Assembly: GCF_963921235.1 (NCBI RefSeq)
Contig: NC_086108.1
Coordinates: forward strand, 94,924,001-94,988,000
Length of the DNA: 64,000 nt
Source: Mobula hypostoma
Lineage: Eukaryota
Reading direction: 5' to 3'
The notes beneath the pieces are model-generated. The model ran no database searches. It had not been told where the DNA came from and saw only the letters and a list, made by a program, of their open reading frames with translations. A program made the translations under genes and the position numbers. Of this stretch, positions 51,845-61,159 are shown in pieces. Each line of letters opens with the position of its first letter. Position 1 is the first letter of the stretch.

Positions 51845-52912
51845 GTCCATAAGACATAGGAGCAGAATTAGGCCATCTGGCCCATCGAGTCTTCTCCACC
51901 ATTCAATCATGGCTGATCCTTTTTTTCTATCTCCTCCTTAACCCCAGTTCCCGGCCTTCTCCCTGTAACCTTTGATGCTATGTTTAATCAAGAATCTATC
52001 AATCTCTGCCTTAAATACACCCAACAACCTGGTCTCCACAGCTACATGTGGCAACAAATTCCACAAATTCACCATCCTTTGGCTAAAGAAATTTCTCCAC
52101 ATCTCTGTTTTGAAAGGGTGCCCCTCTATTCTGAGGCAGTGCCCTCTTGTTCTAGACTCTCCCACCATGGGAAACATCCTTTCCATACCTACTCTTTCTA
52201 GGCCTTTTAACATTCAAAAGGTTTCAATGAAATCCTCCTTCATCCTTCTGAATTCCAGATAGTACAGGCCCAGAACCATCAAACATTCCTCGTACGATAA
52301 CCCTTTCATTCCTGAATCATCCTTGTGAACCTCCTCTGGACCCTCTCCAATGCCAGCACATCTTTTCTAAGATGAGGGGCCCAAAACTGTTCACAATACT
52401 CAAGGTAAGGTCTCACCAGTGCCTTATAAAGCCTCAGCATCACATCCTTGCTATTGTATTCTAAACCTCTTGAAATGAATGTTAATTTAGCATTTGTCTT
52501 CCTCACCACCAACTCAACATGCGAGTTAACCTTGAGGGTGTTCTGCACAAGGACTCCTAAGTCCCTCTGCATCTCAGATTCCTGGATTTTCTCCCCATTT
52601 AGAAAATAGTCCACACATTTATTTCTACTAGCGAAGTTCATGGCTATACATTTTCTAACATTGTATTTCATTTGCCACTTTTCTTGCCCATTCTCCTCAT
52701 CTGTCTGAGTCCTTCTGCATCCTACTTGTTTCCTCAACACTACCTGCCCCTTTACCAATCTTCGTATCATCTGCAAACTTGGCAATAAAGCTATCTATTC
52801 ATTCATCTAAATCATTGATATACAGCATAAAAAGAAGTGGTCCCAATACTGAACCCTGCGGAACATCACTAGTCACTGGCAGCCAACCAGAAAAGGATCC
52901 TTTTATTCCCAC
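51845..52912 (-). mobile_element. CR1 3' fragment
   Basis: ORFs 52306-52785 and 51938-52213 (RDLGVLV, LYKALVRPYLEYC, RGHCLRIEG). Confidence 0.9.
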
Positions 52913-52988
52913 TCACTGGGAATATGGTTGATACTTTAAGCAGATGGGCTCTACTCTGAGGTTTGAAGAATAAGCAAAGATGTAATTG

Positions 52989-55024
52989 AAACATAGAAAC
53001 ATAGAAAATAGGTGCAGGAGTAGGCCATTCGGCCCTTCGAGCCTGCACCGCCATTTATTATGATCATGGCTGATCATCCAACACAGAACCCCGCCCCAGC
53101 CTTCCCTCCATACCCGCTGATCCCTGTAGCCACAAGGGCCATATCTAACTCCCTCTTAAACATAGCCAATGAACTGGCCTCAACAGTTTGCTGTGGCAGA
53201 GAATTCCACAGATTCACCACTCTCTGTGTGAAGAAGTTTTTCCTAATCTCGGTCCTAAAAGGCTTCCCCTCTATCCTCAAACTGTGACCCCTCGTTCTGG
53301 ACTTCCCCAACATCGGGAACAATCTTCCTGCATCTAGCCTGTCCAATCCCTTTAGGATCTTATACGTTTCAATCAGATCTCCCCTCAATCTTCTAAATTC
53401 CAACGAGTACAAGCCCAGTTCATCCAGTCTTTCTTCATATGAAAGTCCTGCCATCCCAGGAATCAATCTGGTGAACTTTCTTTGTACTCCCTCTATGGCA
53501 AAGATGTCTTTCCTCAGATTAGGGGACCAAAACTGCACACAATACTCCAGGTGTGGTCTCACCAAGGCCTTGTACAACTGCAGTAGTACCTCCCTGCTCC
53601 TGTACTCGAATCCTCTCGCTATAAATGCCAGCATACCATTCGCCTTTTTCACCGCCTGCTGTACCTGCATGCCCACTTTCAATGACTGGTGTATAATGAC
53701 ACCCAGGTCTCGTTGCACCTCCCCTTTTCCTAATCGGCCACCATTCAGATAATAATCTGTTTTCCTATTTTTGCCACCAAAGTGGATAACTTCACATTTA
53801 TCCACATTAAATTGCATCTGCCATGAGTTTGCCCACTCACCCAACCTATCCAAGTCACCCTGCATCCTCTTAGCATCCTCCTCACTGCTAACACTGCCGC
53901 CCAGCTTCGTGTCATCCACAAACTTGGAGATGCTGCATTTAATTTCCTCATCCAAGTCATTAATATATATTGTAAACAACTGGGGTCCCAGCACTGAGCC
54001 TTGCGGTACCCCACTAGTCACCGCCTGCCATTCTGAAAACGTCCCGTTTATTCCCACTCTTTGCTTCCTGTCTGCTAACCAATTCTCCACCCACACCAAT
54101 ACCTTACCCCCAATACCGTGTGCTTTAAGTTTGCACACTAATCTCCTGTGTGGGACCTTGTCAAAAGCCTTTTGAAAATCCAAATATACCACATCCACTG
54201 GTTCTCCCCTATCCACTCTACTAGTTACATCCTCAAAAAATTCTATGAGATTCGTCAGACATGATTTTCCTTTCACAAATCCATGCTGACTTTGTCCAAT
54301 CATTTCTCCGCTTTCCAAATGTGCTGTTATCACATCCTTGATAACTGACTCCAGCAGTTTCCCCACCACCGACGTTGGGCTAACCGGTCTATAATTCCCC
54401 GGTTTCTCTCTCCCTCCTTTTTTAAAAATTGGGGTTACATTAGCCACCCTCTAATCCTCAGGAACTAGTCCAGAATCTAACGAGTTTTGAAAAATTATCA
54501 CTAATGCATCCACTATTTCTTGGGCTACTTCCTTAAGCACTCTAGGATGCAGACCATCTGGCCCTGGGGATTTATCTGCCTTCAATCCCTTCAATTTACC
54601 TAACACCACTTCCCTACTAACATGTATTTCACTCAGTTCCTCCATCTCACTGGACCCTCTGTCCCTTACTATTTCTGGAAGATTATTTATGTCCTCCTTA
54701 GTGAAGACAGAACCAAAGTAATTATTCAATTGGTCTGCCATGTCCTTGCTCCCCATAATCAATTCACCTGTTTCTGTCTGCAGGGGACCTACATTTGTCT
54801 TTACCAGTCTTTTCCTTTTTCCATATCTTTCAAAGCTTTTACAGTCCGTTTTTATGTTCTCTGCCAGTTTTCTCTCATAATCTTTTTTCCCCTTCCTAAT
54901 TAAGCCCTTTGTCCTCCTCTGCTGAACTCTGAATTTCTCCCAGTCCTCAGGTGAGCCACTTTCTCTGGCTAATTTGTATGCTACTTCTTTGGAATTGATA
55001 CTATCCCTAATTTCTCTTGTCAGC
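52989..55024 (-). mobile_element. Young 5'-truncated CR1 LINE; ORF2 3' part intact except one TGG>TAG stop at ~54451
   Basis: 457-aa RT ORF 53074-54447 ([18 protein letters not shown]) in frame with the upstream piece 54451-55024; tail (aaacatag)n on the plus strand at ~52989-53010. Confidence 0.95.
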
Positions 55025-55882
55025 CGTAGAACTTTGTTACAGGGCTTAATGGATTGCATGCAGTGTAATGTTACACTGTGATAGGATACCCTTGACACCG
55101 TGATGGGTTAACTACTCAGAAATGAGCTGAAAAGAAATTTCCTCATCAGTTGTAAATGCAGCTTTGGATTTTTCTACCCATGCACTGAGTATTTAAAAAC
55201 GTACAAATTCGAAGCAGAATTAGGCCACTGCTATGTGCACAAAGGCAAGCCAGCATTGCGATGACTGACCTGATTGTTAACTCTGCGTTGCTGTCTACTT
55301 GGCCACACAGACCTGAATGGCAGAACAGGCACAAGGAGGCAAATAAACTTCTACTGCAACTGGAAACATGAAAAGCAGGACAAAGGTAAAACACTCAGGC
55401 CTTTGGACCCAATCCACCATCCAACTTAACCTGGCTGCTCACCAACTGATTGTTTTTGGAATAAGAAATGTGCAGTATTTACCAGTTTCTTGAATTTAAT
55501 TCTGTAGTGGCAAACTCCACAGGTTCACCACCCCCTGGATGAAGGAATTCCTATTGATCTCAGCTCCAAGTAAAAATTCCATGCCCTGAGGCAGTGACAC
55601 CTGATTCTGAACTCTCCAACTATCAGAGGCATCTCTCTCCATCTAATATGTACAGTCTTGTATTGGAAGTCCTTTTGCACTGACAATTGTCTCATCCGAT
55701 GAATTATTCGGCTTGTGAATTTCTTTTGGACTGCCTCCAATACTAGCATATCCTTGCTTAAATAAAGCAATCAAAACAGATGCAAGTCCAGATGTATCTT
55801 CACTAATATTTTATACTGTGGTAACTCATCTATTCTTCTGCTCCTCTGCAATAAAGACAAAAATGCCATTTACCGTCTTAAC

Positions 55883-56334
55883 TCTCTGGCTATCCATCGA
55901 TGATGATTCCTTTCAGTCAGTTAGTGGGGTTTAGGATACCCCACTCCTCAGAAAGGAACTGCGTGTGCGTAAATGGATTTAGGTGAGTAGGGGGTTGCAC
56001 AGGTCCAGACCCACCCTCTCAACATCCCCTCCTGGATCCAGCAGCATGGTGGGGTCCAAGACGGCTGGGGGAAGTTCTGTTGCAGTGAATGGCCAGACCA
56101 AGCTTTGATGCAAGGGATGCCTTTTCCACGCTTCGTGTTTGCTAGATGGCCGTTGACCCTACGAGAGGGTTCATCCACCCTTTGACAGGTCTTGTTTTTC
56201 ATCCTGCAGGGTATCTAGCCACCCTCCTCACCAGGCAAGCCTGGTGGGGGAGCCGGTTTAGTCGCCAACCATCCGACCATGCCACAGATAGTACTGGGTT
56301 ACATGGTACCAGTAGCACTCAGACCTGACACTAC
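55883..56334 (-). mobile_element. Short non-coding, hairpin-rich insertion; putative non-autonomous RTE-type element
   Basis: GC-richer block inside a decayed CR1; flanked by taact repeats (55878-55882, 56335-56339); shares GG(C/T)GGATGAAC with the RTE 5' UTR at ~34525; short agagag tail. Confidence 0.5.
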
Positions 56335-56771
56335 TAACTACTTATTGGACATATCTGTTAACGTTTTGTGTCAATGCAGGAAAAACTACTGGATCTCTCT
56401 ACTTGAATTACTTGCAGTCTTTCCATTTAGAAGATAAACTGCATTTCGAATCCTGTGAGTGAAGAGCTTCACTTCACACTTCCCCATATTAAACTTCACC
56501 TGCCAAGATTTTGCTTACTAACTCTTTCCATATTTTGCTGCAGAGTCCAAATATCTTCATGACCTGCCTTCCCACCTATTTTAGCGTTATCTTTGATACT
56601 CTGCAATCCTTCAGGATTTAATTACTGTATAAATAACTGAGAGCCAAGAACTGAACTCTGGGGCACTTCTAGCCTGAGATCAGTCTAACCAATATTCAGT
56701 TTAAACTAACAACATACATCAAAGTTGCTGGTGAACGCAGCAGGCCAAGCAGCATCTATAGGAAGAGGCGC

Positions 56772-56807
56772 AGTCGACGTTTCAGGCCGAGACCCTTCGT
56801 CAGGACT
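56772..56807 (-). ncRNA. Minimal hammerhead ribozyme, 3' pLTR
   Basis: AGUC CUGACGA AGGGUCUCGGCCU GAAAC GUC GACU. Confidence 0.8.
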
Positions 56808-57099
56808 AACTGAAGGAAGAGTGAGTAAGGGATTTGAAAGCTGGAGGGGGAGGGGGAGATGCAAAATGATAGGAGAAGACAGGAGGGGGAGGGATAGAGC
56901 CGAGAGCTGGACAGGTGATAGGCAAAAGGGGATACGAGAGGATCATGGGACAGGAGGCCTAGGGAGAAAGCCGGGGGGGGGTGACCCAGAGGATGGGCAA
57001 GAGGTATATTCAGAGGGACAGAGGGAGAAAAAGGAGAGTGAGAGAAAGAATGTGTGCATAAAAATGAGTAACAGCTGGGGTACGAGGGGGAGGTGGGGC

Positions 57100-60000
57100 C
57101 TAGCGGAAGTTAGAGAAGTCAATGTTCATGCCATCAGGTTGGAGGCTACCCAGACGGAATATAAGGTGTTGTTCCTCCAACCTGAGTGTGGCTTCATCTT
57201 TACAGTAGAGGAGGCCGTGGATAGACATGTCAGAATGGGAATGGGATGTGGAATTAAAATGTGTGGCCACTGGGAGATCCTGCTTTCTCTGGCGGACAGA
57301 GCGTAGATGTTCAGCAAAGCGGTCTCCCAGTCTGCGTCGGGTCTCACCAATATATAAAAGGCCACATCGGGAGCACTGGACGCAGTATATCACCCCAGTC
57401 GACTCACAGGTGAAGTGATGCCTCACCTGGAAGGACTGTTTGGGGCCCTGAATGGTGGTAAGGGAGGAAGTGTAAGGGCATGTGTAGCACTTGTTCCGCT
57501 TACACGGATAAGTGCCAGGAGGGAGATCAGTGGGGAGGGATGGGGGGGACGAATGGACAAGGGAGTTGTGTAGGGAGCGATCCCTGCGGAATGCAGAGAG
57601 AGGGGGGGAGGGAAAGATGTGCTTAGTGGTGGGATCCCGTTGGAGGTGGCGGAAGTTACGGAGAATAATATGTTGGACCCGGAGGCTGGTGGGGTGGTAG
57701 GTGAGGACCAGGGGAACCCTATTCCTAGTGGGGTGGTGGGAGGATGGAGTGAGAGCAGATGTACGTGAAATGGGGGAGATGCGTTTAAGAGCAGAGTTGA
57801 TAGTGGAGGAAGGGAAGCCCCTTTCTGTAAAAAATGAAGACATCTCCCTCGTCCTAGAATGAAAAGCCTCATCCTGAGAGCAGATGCGGCGGAGACGGAG
57901 GAATTGCGAGAAGGGGATGGCGTTTTTGCAAGAGACAGGGTGAGAAGAGGAATAGTCCAGATAGCTGTGAGAGTCAGTAGGCTTATAGTAGATATCAGTG
58001 GATAAGCTGTCTCCAGAGACAGAGACAGAAAGATCTAGAAAGGGGAGGGAGGTGTCGGAAATAGACCAGGTAAACTTGAGGGCAGGGTGAAAGTTGGAGG
58101 CAAAGTTAATAAAGTCAACGAGTTCTGCATGCGTGCAGGAAGCAGCGCCAATGCAGTTGTCGATATAGCGAAGGAAAAGTGGGGGACAGATACCAGAATA
58201 GGCACGGAACATAGATTGTTCCACAAACCCAACAAAAAGGCAGGCATAGCTAGGACCCATACGGGTGCCCATAGCTACACCTTTAGTTTGGAGGAAATGG
58301 GAGGAGCAAAAGGAGAAATTATTAAGAGTAAGGACTAATTCCGCTAGACGGAGCAGAGTGGTGGTAGAGGGGAACTGATTAGGTCTGGAATCCAAAAGGA
58401 AGCGTAGAGCTTTGAGACCTTCCTGATGGGGGATGGAAGTATATAAGGACTGGACATCCATGGTGAAAATAAAGCGGTGGGGGCCAGGGAACTTAAAATC
58501 ATCGAAAAGTTTAAGAGTGTGAGAAGTGTCACGAACATAGGTCGGAAGGGATTGAACAAGGGGTGATAAAACAGTGTCGAGGTATGCAGAAACGAGTTCG
58601 GTGGGGCAGGAGCAAGCTGAGACAATAGGTCGGCCAGGACAGGCAGGTTTGTGGATCTTGGGTAGGAGGTAGAAACGGGAAGTGCGGGGTGTGGGAACTA
58701 TAAGGTTGGTAGCAGTGGATGGGAGATCCCCTGAGCGGATAAAGTCGTTGATAGTGTGGGAGACAATGGCCTGGTGCTCCTTAGTGGGGTCACGATCGAG
58801 GGGTAAATAAGAGGAGGTATCCGCGAGTTGTCGCTGTGCCTCGGCAAGGTAGAGGTCAGTACGCCAGACTACAACAGCACCCCCCTTATCAGCGGGTTTA
58901 ATAATAATGTTAGGATTAGTGCGGAGGGAGTGGAGAGCAGAGCGTTCCGAAGGAGTGAGGTTGGAATGGGGACAAGGTGCGGTGAAGTCGAGACGGTTGA
59001 TGTCCCGTCGGCAGTTGGCAATAAAGAGATCCAGAGCAGGCAGAAGACCAGAGCGGGGTGTCCATGAAGAAGAGGAGGGTTGAAGACGGGAGAAGGGGTC
59101 ATCGGTGGGGGTGGAAGAGTCCTTGCCGAAGAAGTAGGCTCGGAGACGGAGACGGCGGAAGAAAAGTTCCGCATCATGGCGAACACGGAACTCGCTGAGG
59201 TGTGGGCGAAGGGGGACAAAGGTGAGGCCCTTACTGAGAACAGAGCGTTCTGCCTCCGACAGTTGAAGGTCGGAGGGGATGGTAAAGACCCAGCACGGAT
59301 GAGAGCTGGGATCAGAGGGGGGAGGGGGGAGGCTGGTGGTGTCAGTGGAGAGGGGAGGGTTGGGGTGAGAGGAAGATGGAGCCTCTGAGGGCCCAGGAGC
59401 TGACGGTGGGATCTGAGGAAGACGGGGCTGCGGAGTGGTGGTGGGGGAAGGGGAGACGGGAGTCACAACAGCAGCACATAAAGACCCGGCCTGGAGTTCA
59501 AGGCTGGAGTCGCAGTTGGTGGTTGCGTAATCATTTCGAATGTGTCCATGGTCGTTGCTGGAGTCCGGGTTTTGAATGTGTCCTGAGGTGTTGGAGCCGC
59601 CGAGATCAATGGCAGGCGCCGCAATTGAAAGTTCATGCCTGCTAGCGTCGGGGCCGGCAGGCTCTGGAGTCTGTAGATGTAAGATCTTGCGATCTTTGCC
59701 TAACATGACAAAGTCAAAAAAACGGCGATTGCAGGCGTGGATCCGACGGAGGATGAAATAGCGGGTAGGACCATTACAGACGGCGAAGAAAGTGTCCCGA
59801 AGGTGTGGAAGGGTCTGGGATAGGGACACCAAGTACCTCCTCATGGCGGAGAGCGTCGCCTTCAGAGCTTGACGGGAGAAGCGGCGAGAGGCAGAGTCAA
59901 TAAAATGTGAGTACCTGGGATCCTCAGAAGGTCCAAATTGAGAGGCTTGGAAACGAATCCTAAAGCCAACTGGAGTAAGTTGGCGACGGAGGCACATTCC

Positions 60001-60228
60001 AAGAAAGGATACATGGCAGTGATAGCGAGTCTGAGTCAAAATGTGGTCGAAAAGTTGAAGAGCCGAAGAAATTACAGATGGGGAGCAGTGAGAGATGGTT
60101 TCACTGAACTCCCGTCGAAGAGAGGATCTAAACTTCTTCGGTGTAGGCATCACCGGAAGAGGCTTCGCAGTAGTGAATTTAAACGTAAACAACAGGAATT
60201 CTGCAGATGCTGGAAATTCAAGCAACAT
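57100..60228 (-). CDS. Penelope-like RT / GIY-YIG endonuclease polyprotein, 1042 aa, uninterrupted
   Basis: IKPADKGGAVVV, FYLLPKIHK, GRPIVS, MDVQSLYTSI, GVAMGT, RYIDN, FLDLSV, Cys linker CKRNKCYTC and VIYCVQCSRCGLLYIGET..RFAEH. Confidence 0.95.
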   Translation of the reverse strand: MLLEFPASAEFLLFTFKFTTAKPLPVMPTPKKFRSSLRREFSETISHCSPSVISSALQLFDHILTQTRYHCHVSFLGMCLRRQLTPVGFRIRFQASQFGPSEDPRYSHFIDSASRRFSRQALKATLSAMRRYLVSLSQTLPHLRDTFFAVCNGPTRYFILRRIHACNRRFFDFVMLGKDRKILHLQTPEPAGPDASRHELSIAAPAIDLGGSNTSGHIQNPDSSNDHGHIRNDYATTNCDSSLELQAGSLCAAVVTPVSPSPTTTPQPRLPQIPPSAPGPSEAPSSSHPNPPLSTDTTSLPPPPSDPSSHPCWVFTIPSDLQLSEAERSVLSKGLTFVPLRPHLSEFRVRHDAELFFRRLRLRAYFFGKDSSTPTDDPFSRLQPSSSSWTPRSGLLPALDLFIANCRRDINRLDFTAPCPHSNLTPSERSALHSLRTNPNIIIKPADKGGAVVVWRTDLYLAEAQRQLADTSSYLPLDRDPTKEHQAIVSHTINDFIRSGDLPSTATNLIVPTPRTSRFYLLPKIHKPACPGRPIVSACSCPTELVSAYLDTVLSPLVQSLPTYVRDTSHTLKLFDDFKFPGPHRFIFTMDVQSLYTSIPHQEGLKALRFLLDSRPNQFPSTTTLLRLAELVLTLNNFSFCSSHFLQTKGVAMGTRMGPSYACLFVGFVEQSMFRAYSGICPPLFLRYIDNCIGAASCTHAELVDFINFASNFHPALKFTWSISDTSLPFLDLSVSVSGDSLSTDIYYKPTDSHSYLDYSSSHPVSCKNAIPFSQFLRLRRICSQDEAFHSRTREMSSFFTERGFPSSTINSALKRISPISRTSALTPSSHHPTRNRVPLVLTYHPTSLRVQHIILRNFRHLQRDPTTKHIFPSPPLSAFRRDRSLHNSLVHSSPPSLPTDLPPGTYPCKRNKCYTCPYTSSLTTIQGPKQSFQVRHHFTCESTGVIYCVQCSRCGLLYIGETRRRLGDRFAEHLRSVRQRKQDLPVATHFNSTSHSHSDMSIHGLLYCKDEATLRLEEQHLIFRLGSLQPDGMNIDFSNFR

Positions 60229-60284
60229 ACATCAAAGTTGCTGGTGAACGCAGCAGGCCAAGCAGCATCTATAGGAAGAGGCGC

Positions 60285-60320
60285 AGTCGACGTTTCAGAC
60301 CGAGACCCTTCGTCAGGACT
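60285..60320 (-). ncRNA. Minimal hammerhead ribozyme, middle pLTR (one C>U change in helix II)
   Basis: AGUC CUGACGA AGGGUCUCGGUCU GAAAC GUC GACU. Confidence 0.75.
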
Positions 60321-60797
60321 AACTGAAGGAAGAGTGAGTAAGGGATTTGAAAGCTGGAGGGGGAGGGGGAGATGCAAAATGATAGGAGAAGACAGGAGGG
60401 GGAGGGATAGAGCCGAGAGCTGGACAGGTGATAGGCAAAAGGGGATACGAGAGGATCATGGGACAGGAGGCCTAGGGAGAAAGACAAGGGGGGGGGGTGA
60501 CCCAGAGGATGGGCAAGAGGTATACATGGCAGTGATAGCGAGTCTGAGTCAAAATGTGGTCGAAAAGTTGAAGAGCCGAAGAAATTACAGATGGGGAGCA
60601 GTGAGAGATGGTTTCACTGAACTCCCGTCGAAGAGAGGATCTAAACTTCTTCGGTGTAGGCATCACCGGAAGAGGCTTCGCAGTAGTGAATTTAAACGTA
60701 AACAACAGGAATTCTGCAGATGCTGGAAATTCAAGCAACATACATCAAAGTTGCTGGTGAACGCAGCAGGCCAAGCAGCATCTATAGGAAGAGGCGC

Positions 60798-60833
60798 AGT
60801 CGACGTTTCAGGCCGAGACCCTTCGTCAGGACT
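60798..60833 (-). ncRNA. Minimal hammerhead ribozyme, 5'-most pLTR
   Basis: Identical to the copies at 56772-56807 and 8408-8443. Confidence 0.8.
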
Positions 60834-61159
60834 AACTGAAGGAAGAGTGAGTAAGGGATTTGATTGTTTAAACTTGCACATTTCCCCTGCAAGTCTGAGT
60901 TCTTGCATTGTACACTGGCCTTTAACATAGTCCCTTGTCAAATGCCTTCTGGTCTCACCAGAGCCTTCTTTCCTGTGCTCTCTTTAAACACATGTTAATT
61001 GGAAAATTTATTATACGAGCATGTAATATCTTAAAAATACAGCTGCAACCAGCATTGGCAGTAATCTTGAGATGAACACTGTTTAATTTCCTACTTTTTG
61101 GGTTGTGTCTTAACATCCTATATACAGCTTTTTGGGACTTCATCTTTTTCTTAAACCTA

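Larger units (their letters stand above)
56708..60865 (-). mobile_element. Penelope-like element (Neptune-type), partial-tandem structure with three pLTR copies
   Basis: RT+GIY-YIG ORF; 56710-57008 repeated at ~60223-60524; 60010-60350 repeated at +513; 9-bp TSD gtttaaact (56699-56707, 60866-60874). Confidence 0.95.
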
